Assembly: GCA_964518135.1 (NCBI GenBank)
Contig: CAZFEY010000002.1
Span: 1 to 53,003, forward strand
Direction of reading: 5' to 3'
Source of the DNA: an uncultured Candidatus Saccharibacteria bacterium
Lineage (GTDB): Bacteria > Patescibacteriota > Minisyncoccia > Minisyncoccales > 2-12-FULL-40-12
DNA length: 53,003 nucleotides
Shown here: in pieces, positions 38,673-47,458 of the stretch
How the letters are laid out: each line of letters starts with the position of its first letter
How positions within the stretch are numbered: position 1 is the stretch's first letter
Position numbers and translations under genes: made by a program
The notes under the pieces: generated by a model
Told to the model about the DNA's origin: nothing
The model's database searches: none
The model's input: only the letters and a program-made list of their open reading frames with translations

Positions 38673-40734
38673 TTTTCCACGTTCTTTTTGTTGCAATATA
38701 CCAACTTGTGACATTTGAAAACCTTTTTGAGGGATCGGTCAACAACATTTCTTCAATACCCTTTATGTTATTGGCGGTGAGATATGGGTAATCCTGGCTA
38801 TACAAAAATATCGCCGGAGCGTCTTTGAGGATAGTATTTTGTAACGCTTCCAGGTTTCTAGCTCTTTCCTGTTTGTCAAAAGACTGTCTTATTTCCTCTA
38901 AGATTTTATCTGCTGTTTTGTTTTCGTAAAGAGACAAATTAGATCCGGGATCTTTTTTCTGTAAAGAATGCCAAAATGGCAAAGGATCAGGGGTAGCAGA
39001 TAGAACCTCTCCGAACAATAAGGCTTTATAATTACGGTTTTTGATAATGTCTTTTTCGATGGTTTGTATGTCGAAAACCTCAATCGTAAGCTCTATTCCT
39101 AGTTTTGCCCACTGTTCTTTTAATAGGCCGGCTATTTTTGTGAGGGTCGAGTAATCTACTGTGGTTAAAGTAATTTTAAGAGGAATTTTGTTTTGTGTAG
39201 ATAGGTCGCACAGCTCGTTTAATTCTTCTCGGGTATTCTTGCTTACCATACCTGTTCCTTCTTTGAATCCCCCGGGCTCTAGGATGTCTTTCGCATATTT
39301 TTCTTGGAATTTAATCACTGCATTTTCGGTAGCCTTGTCAAAACTTCCGGTAACTTTTCCTTCGGGATAAACATCGCTTCCGCCAGCCGGCTCAATTGCC
39401 AAACATCTTTGTAATTCTCTTACTTCAGCGCCTCGAGACCCTAACTTGAGGTCGCTTTTAAATTGTGAAATCGTGTCTCTTTTGATAGTTTTTTCCCTGA
39501 TAATTTCTTGGCAGTTCCCATCTTTGTTATCGGTTTCAGCACAATCTTTCTGTGTCTCTATAAATCCTGCTTTGTCTAGTAATTCTTTTGCTTTGTCTAA
39601 ATTAAATTCGTATTTAATTTCAGGATCGGCTAGCTCGAAGAAGTTTGGCATTACTGGGGAAATTACTGGCTTTGCGTATTGCCCTAATGCTTTTTGGATG
39701 ATACTTTCCCGATCCGTTCCATAATTTAAAGCTTGTCTTATTTCCTTGTCAAATAAAATATCTGTATCTTCTGTGTTAAGAAAGATGGCAAAATAACGTG
39801 ATAAGGGAAATGTATGGGTTGTTAAATTAGATTTATTAAAGAGCTTGAAATTATCAGGATGCATCAACGAGAACCCTTGTATTTCGTTTCGTTTCGCGGC
39901 CTTAATCAATTCCTCTTCTGAATTATAAAATTTAAAAGTAAATTTTTTTATCTTGGGTTTTTCGCCGGCATAGTATTCATTCTCAACCATTGTTATTGCC
40001 GTGATATATCCCGATCTATTTTGCTTTATATCCTGTAGTTTATAAGGACCAGAACCAATTGGATTAAGGTTGTATATGGAAAGAGGGAATTGCTCCGGTT
40101 CAATTTTGCTCCACACGTGAGATGGTAATATTTTCAATGTTAAATTTTCCAAAAAGACAACAGAGGACTCTCGTAGTTCAAAACGCAAAACAGATTCCGA
40201 AACTTTCTTTACTGTAACCCCCACCCAGGATGCCCGTAAAGGACTTTTGTAATCGGGATTTTGAATCGTTTCTATGGTAAAAAGCACATCATTGGCCGTT
40301 AAAGCATCTCCGTCTTGCCAGGAAAGGTTTTCTTTTAGGGTGACTTCAAAAGCTTTGCCTCCTTCTAAGATTTTATATCCTTGAGCCAGCTCTGGTACCA
40401 AATCACCATTGTTATCATATTTCATCAAGCCAGAGAAAAGAATTTGAGCTATGTCCTTGTCTACGTCCGAAATATCGCTATAAAGTGGATTAATAAATCT
40501 AGGGTATCCTACTACGCCCTCTGCGAAAGATCCTCCCTTATCTGCGACAACAATGGTATTGTTTAGGTAAAGACTGGATAATACAAAAATCAAGCTAGAC
40601 AAGAACAAAACCAATAAAACAGAAAAAAGTATTTTTTCTTTTCCAGTTAGAACCTTAAAAACTTGTTTCCATTGAGGCCATGATGGCCATTTCGTTGGTC
40701 TTTTTGGTTTTGATGAGGAATAATCCGTGTCCAT
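38656..40734 (-). CDS. Family-5 (OppA/DppA-like) solute-binding protein, membrane anchored, with inserted peptidoglycan-binding-like domain
   Basis: 692 aa. N-terminal TM helix and SBP_bac_5-like blocks. Residues ~427-505, 'LGSRGAEVRELQRCL...VTGSFDKATENAVIKFQEKY...GMVSKNTREEL', resemble PG_binding_1. Confidence 0.75.
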   Translation of the reverse strand: MDTDYSSSKPKRPTKWPSWPQWKQVFKVLTGKEKILFSVLLVLFLSSLIFVLSSLYLNNTIVVADKGGSFAEGVVGYPRFINPLYSDISDVDKDIAQILFSGLMKYDNNGDLVPELAQGYKILEGGKAFEVTLKENLSWQDGDALTANDVLFTIETIQNPDYKSPLRASWVGVTVKKVSESVLRFELRESSVVFLENLTLKILPSHVWSKIEPEQFPLSIYNLNPIGSGPYKLQDIKQNRSGYITAITMVENEYYAGEKPKIKKFTFKFYNSEEELIKAAKRNEIQGFSLMHPDNFKLFNKSNLTTHTFPLSRYFAIFLNTEDTDILFDKEIRQALNYGTDRESIIQKALGQYAKPVISPVMPNFFELADPEIKYEFNLDKAKELLDKAGFIETQKDCAETDNKDGNCQEIIREKTIKRDTISQFKSDLKLGSRGAEVRELQRCLAIEPAGGSDVYPEGKVTGSFDKATENAVIKFQEKYAKDILEPGGFKEGTGMVSKNTREELNELCDLSTQNKIPLKITLTTVDYSTLTKIAGLLKEQWAKLGIELTIEVFDIQTIEKDIIKNRNYKALLFGEVLSATPDPLPFWHSLQKKDPGSNLSLYENKTADKILEEIRQSFDKQERARNLEALQNTILKDAPAIFLYSQDYPYLTANNIKGIEEMLLTDPSKRFSNVTSWYIATKRTWKNDETQ

Positions 40735-40735
40735 T

Positions 40736-40954
40736 TCAGACGATAAGGTTTAGGATAGCTAAGGCAATAAATAAAATCCCAAGAATGATAGTGCCTTGAA
40801 ATAATTTTGCCTGAATACCTCTTCTTGTTGAGTAAAAACTACCACCTTCGCCTCCAAAGGCAGAACCCAAAGCAGTTCCTCTTTGCTGTAAGAGGATGGC
40901 AATTATCAAGAGTATTGAGATTACTATTTGCACTATGGGCAAAAAAACAATCAT
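40736..40954 (-). CDS. secG: Preprotein translocase subunit SecG
   Basis: 72 aa from the Met at 40954: 'MIVFLPIVQIVISILLIIAILLQQRGTALGSAFGG...'. The ORF-track TTG extension to 41020 was judged spurious. Confidence 0.8.
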   Translation of the reverse strand: MIVFLPIVQIVISILLIIAILLQQRGTALGSAFGGEGGSFYSTRRGIQAKLFQGTIILGILFIALAILNLIV

Positions 40955-40974
40955 GTATTTATTTAATAAAATAG

Positions 40975-41000
40975 GTTTATTTGAAAAACAAACTTGTTTA
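40975..41000 (-). repeat. Single copy of the 26-nt motif ATAAACAAGTTTGTTTTTCAAATAAA upstream of secG
   Basis: Identical 26-mer to 38634-38659 on the same strand. Contains the inverted repeat AAACAA-GT-TTGTTT. Confidence 0.9.
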
Positions 41001-41026
41001 TTTAATCGCGAAGCAATCAAGCTTGC

Positions 41027-41401
41027 TTACTTACGAATTAAAATAGTAGAAAGGGTAAATATAATTAGCGAGGTAAGGAAAAGAGGCAGTATTCCCTCGA
41101 TTGTTAATCCGGGAGATGCAAGGTCAACCGCCCATATTAATCCCATTATAATCACAAAACTAAAAAGATTGAAAGTGATTAGCCTTAATGGGAAGGTAAT
41201 GAAATTCAATACCGGTTTTACAAAGAAATTAAGAGCTCCCAAGAGCATTCCTGCGAATAAGAGTGTTTGAGAAAAATTGTTCCAGTTAAATTCAGCTTTG
41301 GGCCAAATCGGGTTCGTAAATTCTACGTTGGGGATAAATTTTGTTGCCAACCAGAGCCCTAAAACTCCAACAACGAACTGGAGAATCAACCTCAATATCA
41401 T
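41027..41401 (-). CDS. Small 4-TM membrane protein (DUF360 / phage-holin-4-like family)
   Basis: 124 aa with four hydrophobic segments. 'LGALNFFVKPVLNFITFPLRLITFNLF' resembles the YvlD/DUF360 core. Confidence 0.6.
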   Translation of the reverse strand: MILRLILQFVVGVLGLWLATKFIPNVEFTNPIWPKAEFNWNNFSQTLLFAGMLLGALNFFVKPVLNFITFPLRLITFNLFSFVIIMGLIWAVDLASPGLTIEGILPLFLTSLIIFTLSTILIRK

Positions 41402-41435
41402 TGTCTATAGTATCAATTATTAGCTTTAAGGTCAA

Positions 41436-41501
41436 CCCGGTAGTGAATTCTGGACTCGCTTCGCGGAATTATTCGAAGAATGTCCAAAATCTACTACCGG
41501 G
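41436..41501 (-). repeat. Palindromic three-way-junction element, copy 2 (3' end of uvrC)
   Basis: 20-nt arms CCCGGTAGTGAATTCTGGAC (41436-41455) and GTCCAAAATCTACTACCGGG (41482-41501) enclose two mini-hairpins. The uvrC stop TAG lies inside the arm. Confidence 0.85.
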
Positions 41502-42756
41502 CAAGCTTTCTCAATTTCTTATGGTAGGCGATTGCAAATCTGTGGGCTTCGTCTCGTAGCTGCAAAATAAGATTAAAAATACTTCTTGATAGATTTTTCA
41601 GCAATAGTGGTTGTTTTCGTCCTTCTATAAATAATTCATTATTTCTTTTGGCCAAAGACATAATTTTGACTGTCTTGGCGATTGGAAATTGAGACCTTAC
41701 GGATATTCCGGCGTTAAGCTGGGCTTTGCCACCATCAATTAAAATTAATTCTGGAAAAGACCACTCTTCGTGATTCATTCTGCGGGTTAAAGCTTCTTTA
41801 AGCATAGCAATATCATTGGGTTTATTGTTGATCTTTATTTTAAATTTGCGATAAAGGTTTCTAACAGGCTTTCCGCCTATAAAAACCACCATTGAGCCGG
41901 TTGCCATTTTGCCTTGGATGTTGGATATATCATAGGCTTCAATGCGAGATATAGTTTTTTTAGCTTTTAATATGTTTCGTAGTGTTTTTTCAGTATCCTT
42001 CCAATGGATTTCAATATCCTCTTTTTTTTCGAATATTCTGGCATTAGCCATAATTCTTTCCAAAGACGCAATTTGGTTACGGATTTTGCTGGCTCTTTCG
42101 AACTCTTGCGTGTCTGATGTTTTTTTCATCTCTTTTTTTAGTCTCGTGAGCACCGACGAGCGCTTGCTTTGCAGCACCAAAACCAATCTTTTTAGGTTTT
42201 TTTTATATTCTTTTGGGTCGGGGTTCGGTCCAGGGCAAAGGCCCAAGTAGCACCAAGAGCAATTATTTTTGGGATGTTTTTGCGAAACGTAATAGGGGAA
42301 TACTCGCCTCAAGAGAGTCAAGGTTTTTTTTAATGCTCCAGCATCGACAAAGGGTCCGATGGTATTATGCTTTGCGTCTGGTTGATGAGCGATAAAGACT
42401 CTTGGTAATTTTTCTTTTGTTATAGTTACGTAAGAATAGTTCTTATCGTCTTTCCAAATGGTATTGTATTTTGGCTTGTATTTTTTGATTAATTCCGCCT
42501 CCAGAATCAACGCCTCTATTTCAGAATTTGTTTCAATCCAGCCGATTTTCTCTGCCTTTTCTATAAAAAAAGAATCCTTAAAATTCGCTTGATTGTAATG
42601 ATTTTTGACTCTTTCCTTTATATTTATCGCTTTACCAATATATAAAATTTCTTTGTTGTTAATGAGAGAGCCCGCCTTCGGCGAGGTAAAACAATAAATC
42701 CCAGTTGTTTGTGGTAAGGACTTAATGCGTTCTTTCTTTAAGAATCTAAAGCTCAT
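41494..42756 (-). CDS. uvrC: Excinuclease ABC subunit C (short form, no C-terminal HhH2 domain)
   Basis: 420 aa. GIY-YIG 'GIYCF...ILYIGKAINIKERV', UVR motif 'FERASKIRNQIASLERI', RNase-H-like endonuclease domain ending 'RDEAHRFAIAYHKKLR'. Confidence 0.9.
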   Translation of the reverse strand: MSFRFLKKERIKSLPQTTGIYCFTSPKAGSLINNKEILYIGKAINIKERVKNHYNQANFKDSFFIEKAEKIGWIETNSEIEALILEAELIKKYKPKYNTIWKDDKNYSYVTITKEKLPRVFIAHQPDAKHNTIGPFVDAGALKKTLTLLRRVFPYYVSQKHPKNNCSWCYLGLCPGPNPDPKEYKKNLKRLVLVLQSKRSSVLTRLKKEMKKTSDTQEFERASKIRNQIASLERIMANARIFEKKEDIEIHWKDTEKTLRNILKAKKTISRIEAYDISNIQGKMATGSMVVFIGGKPVRNLYRKFKIKINNKPNDIAMLKEALTRRMNHEEWSFPELILIDGGKAQLNAGISVRSQFPIAKTVKIMSLAKRNNELFIEGRKQPLLLKNLSRSIFNLILQLRDEAHRFAIAYHKKLRKLAR

Positions 42757-42798
42757 TATGGGAAATTATCATATTGTTTTAGCGTCAACAAGTAGATA

Positions 42799-42826
42799 TT
42801 GACAAATCATACATTGTTGCTAAATT
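42799..42826 (+). promoter_or_regulatory. Promoter TTGACAAAT-N10-TGCTAAATT
   Basis: Consensus -35, 16-nt spacer, TGn-extended -10. ~90 nt upstream of the ATG at 42919. Confidence 0.5.
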
Positions 42827-42918
42827 GTATTATTCGTTCTTTCAAAATTTTTGATAGTAGTTGCCTGCTATTATCAAATTCATTATAGATAATAATTCCA
42901 AAGAGGAGGTCATTTACA

Positions 42919-43338
42919 ATGACCGCACAAAAACGCCAAGTATTATTGTGGTGCTGTCCGTTTTTTGTCCTTTTCTTTCTAGTCGTGTTTGTGTCTTGGA
43001 GTGGGTGCGCTACGCCACTCAGCGTAGAAGGGCATTTGCCCTATGTCATCGCCGACGCCGATTACCCCGTATACCCAGATGGTTTCGTTATTCGAGTAGC
43101 CGTTTCACATAACGACGATGGAGTGTGTTTTCGGGTTTACGGTTCCGATAACGTTGAGGTCAATCCGGGTTTGCGCGTTGAAATTATTGGCGATATAGCA
43201 GATGAAGGTTTAAGGCTCTGGTCTTATAATTGCCTACCGGTCGATTGGAAATCCGGAGAAATTTATACCGTCAAAGTATATGACGGAGAAAATCTTCTTC
43301 GGTCGATCCGGTATCATTTTTTGGCTACGACAGAATAA
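42919..43338 (+). CDS. Putative lipoprotein (139 aa), GC-richer than its surroundings
   Basis: Strong AGAGGAGG Shine-Dalgarno. Signal peptide with lipobox-like 'VSWSGC'. No known domain. Confidence 0.6.
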   Translation: MTAQKRQVLLWCCPFFVLFFLVVFVSWSGCATPLSVEGHLPYVIADADYPVYPDGFVIRVAVSHNDDGVCFRVYGSDNVEVNPGLRVEIIGDIADEGLRLWSYNCLPVDWKSGEIYTVKVYDGENLLRSIRYHFLATTE

Positions 43339-43382
43339 AACACAGCTTTCTATTTATCAAGAGAATCAGGCAAACCTAAATG

Positions 43383-43410
43383 GTCCTTGAATTTAACTAA
43401 GGGCTTTTTT
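43383..43410 (+). terminator. Terminator (GTCCTT...AAGGGC + T6)
   Basis: 6-bp stem with one G.U, 10-nt loop, TTTTTT. Confidence 0.5.
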
Positions 43411-43423
43411 GTTCCGCCACGAC

Positions 43424-43451
43424 TTGACAAATACTGTATATTTGCTATAAT
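43424..43451 (+). promoter_or_regulatory. Near-consensus promoter TTGACAAAT-N10-TGCTATAAT
   Basis: Perfect -35 and -10 hexamers, 16-nt spacer, extended -10 TG. Confidence 0.65.
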
Positions 43452-43476
43452 CAAAACACAGCTCATTGAAAATTCT

Positions 43477-43503
43477 CCAACAATAGTGAACGACTATTGT
43501 TGG
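43477..43503 (+). promoter_or_regulatory. Perfect 11-bp hairpin in the CPBP 5' leader
   Basis: CCAACAATAGT-gaacg-ACTATTGTTGG, 26 nt after the -10 and 47 nt before the ATG. Confidence 0.6.
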
Positions 43504-43549
43504 TTTACGATAGATATATCAAAAATCCAAAAGAATGGGAGGAATGTAG

Positions 43550-44278
43550 ATGAAGTTTTCGTTTAGCCTAGAGGAGGAAGGAAATAAAGGGCAAGGTTGT
43601 TATGTTGTAGTAGCTCTATCTGCGTTGGTGTTTGTTCTGATCTGGGAATGGTTGTGGCCGAACGTCATTCCCTTTACGCTCGTAGAGTTTTGGAATTTGA
43701 GAGGATCGTGGGTTGATGTTTTGAAGACGTCATGGCCTATTCTATTATGGGCTGTGATTGTAAGTATTGTGACCTCTGCCTGTACGAGGAATGATCCTGA
43801 AGAGAATGATCTCGCCGAGAAAAATTTATTCGTAGGGGGCTTGATGAGTCTTTTTGCGGGCATTTTCGAAGAAATATCTTTTAGATGGTTCATCTTTTAT
43901 GGTCAAATTATTGCATATAAGGTGGCAAATTTCTTGTTTTTCGGATGGCTTGGTTTCGGCGTAGCCGAATGGCTTTATCTTCACTTAGAAGGACCAATTG
44001 TGAATTTTATAACGTTCGGCAAAATGAGTCATTTGTTGTTTAGTGATTTTGGATGGTTTGTAGGGGCAGCCATGGTGACATCTAATGGTAAATTCCGAGA
44101 TGGTCATGCATATCAGGGCTGTTTCGGCTGGCTGAATTCTTGGGTGATTGGTATGGTGCTATTTTATATCATGTTTAAACATGGCTTGTTGGCGTCTATG
44201 GTTACGCACTTCGTTTATGACATCATAATCTTTACAGTGCATTACATAGATTCTGTGATCGAACGTAGTTGCAAATGA
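43550..44278 (+). CDS. CPBP-family (CAAX/Abi) intramembrane glutamic protease
   Basis: 242 aa, polytopic. Motif 1 'FEEISFRWF' (EExxxR), later 'FRDGHAYQ' and 'MVTHFVYD' His motifs. Confidence 0.75.
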   Translation: MKFSFSLEEEGNKGQGCYVVVALSALVFVLIWEWLWPNVIPFTLVEFWNLRGSWVDVLKTSWPILLWAVIVSIVTSACTRNDPEENDLAEKNLFVGGLMSLFAGIFEEISFRWFIFYGQIIAYKVANFLFFGWLGFGVAEWLYLHLEGPIVNFITFGKMSHLLFSDFGWFVGAAMVTSNGKFRDGHAYQGCFGWLNSWVIGMVLFYIMFKHGLLASMVTHFVYDIIIFTVHYIDSVIERSCK

Positions 44279-44313
44279 ATCATATTTTTTGCAATCACAC
44301 AAAGACCTGAAAG

Positions 44314-44339
44314 GCCTTGGAGTAATCCAGGGCTTTTTT
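44314..44339 (+). terminator. Rho-independent terminator
   Basis: GCCTTGGA-GTAA-TCCAGGGC stem-loop + TTTTTT. Confidence 0.8.
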
Positions 44340-44349
44340 ATTTTAACCC

Positions 44350-44378
44350 TTGAAATATCTTGAAGGTTCAGCTATAAT
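44350..44378 (+). promoter_or_regulatory. Promoter TTGAAA-17-TATAAT for uvrA
   Basis: Hexamers read directly, 15 nt upstream of the ATG at 44394. Confidence 0.5.
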
Positions 44379-44393
44379 AGCTAACTTTGAAAT

Positions 44394-47363
44394 ATGGTAG
44401 ATAACGTAATAAAAATCCGGGGAGCGCGCGTACATAACCTTAAAAATGTTGATTTAGATATTCCAAAAAATAAACTCGTTGTGATTACGGGGCTATCGGG
44501 TTCTGGAAAATCATCCTTAGCTTTTGATACGTTATATGCCGAAGGCCAGCGCCGCTACATTGAAAGTTTGTCGGCTTATGCGAGGCAGTTTCTGGGCGTA
44601 ATGCAGAAACCAGATGTTGATACCATAGAAGGCATTAGTCCTGCGATTTCTATTGACCAAAGAAAATCAAGTCAAAATCCAAGATCAACTGTTGGCACAA
44701 TAACGGAGATTTACGATTATCTCCGTCTTTTATTTGCTAGGGTTGGAATTCCTTATTGTCCGAATTGCGGGAACAAAGTTAGCCGTCAGACAATAGATCA
44801 AATAGCGAGGCAGGTTTTGGATTTGCAAAAGAGAACCGCCTCGCCCGTAGGGCTACGGCCGAGGGAAATTGCCATTTTAGGTCCGGTTGTGAGTGGAAAA
44901 AAAGGAGAACACCAAGGTATTCTAGAAGAAATCCAGCGAGCCGGTTTCGCAAAAGTAAGGGTAGACGGGATTATATACAGAATAGAAGAAGCACTAGACA
45001 AGCCGCTTGATAAACAAAAAAAACACAACATAGAAGTTGTGATTGACAGGTTGATATTACCTGCCCGCAATGCTTCGCATAGCGATGCAGGCGGGGAAAA
45101 AGGTCTTGATAGGTCGCGATTGGTCGATTCCTTAGAAACAGGATTAAAACTTGGAAAAGGAATAGTAATTGTGGCAAATGGCAAAGCGCAAATGGCAAAT
45201 AGTGGAGAGAACCATAAGCCATTAGCTAAGGGAGATTTGCTATTCAGCGAGTATTTTGCCTGCGAAGATTGCGCCCGCCTGCCGGACGGGCAGGGTATTT
45301 CTCTACCAGAATTAGAACCGCGTCTTTTTTCTTTCAACGCTCCATACGGAGCTTGTCCGGTTTGTCATGGGTTAGGAGAAAGATTAGAAGTTGACCCGGA
45401 ATTAGTTATTCCTAATCCTAATTTATCCATAGCCGAGGGAGCGATTTTTCCTTGGGCTCATGCCTCGCATAAAATTGGCAGACAAGGTTTTTTCTGGTGG
45501 AAACTAGAAGAGCTGGCAGAAAAAAATAATTTTTCGCTCAATACTCCAATCAAAAATTTATCTACGAAAATAATGGATATGGTTTTGCGTGGCGAGCCTA
45601 CTGGTAATTGGGAAGGGATAATTCCTTGGTTGGAAAGACGTTATCTAGAAACAGAATCTCCTTATGCCAGAGAAGAAATTAAAAAATACATGATAGAAAA
45701 GGAATGTGAAAGATGTCAGGGAAAGAGATTAAAGCCAGAAGTGCTGGCAATAAAAGTCGCAGGAGAATCTATATATGGTATTGCAACAATGAGCATCGTT
45801 AATGCCATAGATTTTTTCCAGAAAATTTCTGGCGTAAAGAATAAAGATAAAAATAACAGCAAAACCCAGCTTAATAGCACCGAATTAAAAATCGTTCAAC
45901 CAATAGCCAAAGAAATTATTAATCGCCTTCAGTTTTTAGTTGATGTTGGTTTGGGGTATTTAACGGTAGATAGGAAAGTTTCGACCCTGTCTGGCGGAGA
46001 GGAACAAAGGATTAGGTTAGCAACTCAAATTGGTTCAAAGCTTACGGGTGTTTTGTATATACTTGATGAGCCATCAATAGGATTGCACCCGAGAGACCAG
46101 GGTAGGCTAATTGGTACTTTGCAAGCGCTTCGTGATATTGGAAACACGGTTTTGGTAGTAGAACATGACACGCAAACAATCAAGGCAGCTGATTGGGTCG
46201 TTGATGTTGGCCCGGGAGCCGGAAAGCATGGAGGGCAAATTATTTTTAACGGTGCTCCAAAAAAATTGCTGAAATCAAAAACTCTGACTGGTCAGTATTT
46301 ATCCGGACGATTAGAAGTTGGCGGTGAAGGAAAAAAGAAGAGCGCGGCAAAAGAAAAATATCCAAACAAACCCCAATCAAAAAGCCTTGTTATTAAGGGT
46401 GCTAGCGAAAACAATCTAAAGAATATCGATATTAGTATCCCCTTGGGAAACTTCGTTTGCGTGACAGGCGTCTCTGGATCTGGAAAGAGCTCATTAATAA
46501 ACGATATTTTAGCAAGAGCTTTAATGAAAAAGTTTTACAACGCCAAGGAAGGACCCGGTCAGCACAAAGAAATTCTAGGAACAGAATTTATTAATAAGGC
46601 AGTTGTGGTAGATCAATCGCCGATAGGCAGAACTCCAAGATCTAATCCCGTTACTTATACGGGGTGTTTTTCATATATAAGAGATATTTTCACAAAAACC
46701 AAAGAGGCAAAAATACGAGGATTTCTTCCCGGTCGTTTTTCTTTTAATGTAAAGGGTGGAAGATGTGAGAGCTGTGAGGGTCAGGGAGAAATAAAAGTTG
46801 AAATGTATTTTTTGCCAGATATTTATCAGGAATGCCAAGAGTGTAAAGGAAAAAGATTCAACCAAGAAACTTTATCTATCGAGTACAAGGGGAAAAATAT
46901 CGCAGATATTTTGGAAATGACCATAGAAGATGCCTTGAAGTTTTTCAAAGACATCCCGGCTATTAACCAAAAATTGAAGACACTCAACGATGTTGGCTTG
47001 GGTTATGTGCAATTGGGTCAGCCGGCACCCTATTTGTCTGGTGGCGAGGCACAAAGGATAAAACTGGCGACAGAGTTAAGTAAGAGAGACACTGGTAGAA
47101 CGTTATATATATTGGACGAGCCCACAACTGGCTTGCATCCGGCAGATATAAATAGATTGTTATATGTTTTAAAAGAGCTGGTAAGAAAAGGAAATACAGT
47201 TTTGTGTATTGAGCACAATATGGATGTAGTCAAGAATTCAGATTGGATAATCGATTTGGGACCAGAAGGGGGAGAGCAAGGCGGCTTAGTTGTCGCTGAA
47301 GGTACGCCCGCAGAAGTTGTTAGAAACAAGAAAAGTTACACAGGGCAGTACTTGAAAGGGTAA
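44394..47363 (+). CDS. uvrA: Excinuclease ABC subunit A
   Basis: 989 aa. Two ABC modules (GLSGSGKSS / [14 protein letters not shown] signatures) and zinc-finger Cys clusters. Confidence 0.98.
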   Translation: MVDNVIKIRGARVHNLKNVDLDIPKNKLVVITGLSGSGKSSLAFDTLYAEGQRRYIESLSAYARQFLGVMQKPDVDTIEGISPAISIDQRKSSQNPRSTVGTITEIYDYLRLLFARVGIPYCPNCGNKVSRQTIDQIARQVLDLQKRTASPVGLRPREIAILGPVVSGKKGEHQGILEEIQRAGFAKVRVDGIIYRIEEALDKPLDKQKKHNIEVVIDRLILPARNASHSDAGGEKGLDRSRLVDSLETGLKLGKGIVIVANGKAQMANSGENHKPLAKGDLLFSEYFACEDCARLPDGQGISLPELEPRLFSFNAPYGACPVCHGLGERLEVDPELVIPNPNLSIAEGAIFPWAHASHKIGRQGFFWWKLEELAEKNNFSLNTPIKNLSTKIMDMVLRGEPTGNWEGIIPWLERRYLETESPYAREEIKKYMIEKECERCQGKRLKPEVLAIKVAGESIYGIATMSIVNAIDFFQKISGVKNKDKNNSKTQLNSTELKIVQPIAKEIINRLQFLVDVGLGYLTVDRKVSTLSGGEEQRIRLATQIGSKLTGVLYILDEPSIGLHPRDQGRLIGTLQALRDIGNTVLVVEHDTQTIKAADWVVDVGPGAGKHGGQIIFNGAPKKLLKSKTLTGQYLSGRLEVGGEGKKKSAAKEKYPNKPQSKSLVIKGASENNLKNIDISIPLGNFVCVTGVSGSGKSSLINDILARALMKKFYNAKEGPGQHKEILGTEFINKAVVVDQSPIGRTPRSNPVTYTGCFSYIRDIFTKTKEAKIRGFLPGRFSFNVKGGRCESCEGQGEIKVEMYFLPDIYQECQECKGKRFNQETLSIEYKGKNIADILEMTIEDALKFFKDIPAINQKLKTLNDVGLGYVQLGQPAPYLSGGEAQRIKLATELSKRDTGRTLYILDEPTTGLHPADINRLLYVLKELVRKGNTVLCIEHNMDVVKNSDWIIDLGPEGGEQGGLVVAEGTPAEVVRNKKSYTGQYLKG

Positions 47364-47374
47364 TTTGGGGTGGA

Positions 47375-47458
47375 CCCGGTAGTAGATTTTGGACAGCCTC
47401 GCCACTTAAAGTGGCGAGTTATTTCGCGCGCAACGCGAGTCCAAAATTCACTACCGGG
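47375..47458 (+). repeat. Palindromic three-way-junction element, copy 1 (3' of uvrA)
   Basis: Arms CCCGGTAGTAGATTTTGGAC / GTCCAAAATTCACTACCGGG pair with 18 WC, 1 G.U and 1 mismatch. They enclose hairpins CTCGCCACT-taa-AGTGGCGAG and TCGCG-cgcaa-CGCGA. A T-run follows. Confidence 0.88.

Noticed and set aside
41436-41501. Hypothesis that insertion of the palindromic element truncated uvrC and removed its HhH2 domain.
   Set aside because: Conceptual excision of the element extends the reading frame by only about 8 codons before a TGA. No HhH-coding remnant lies downstream.
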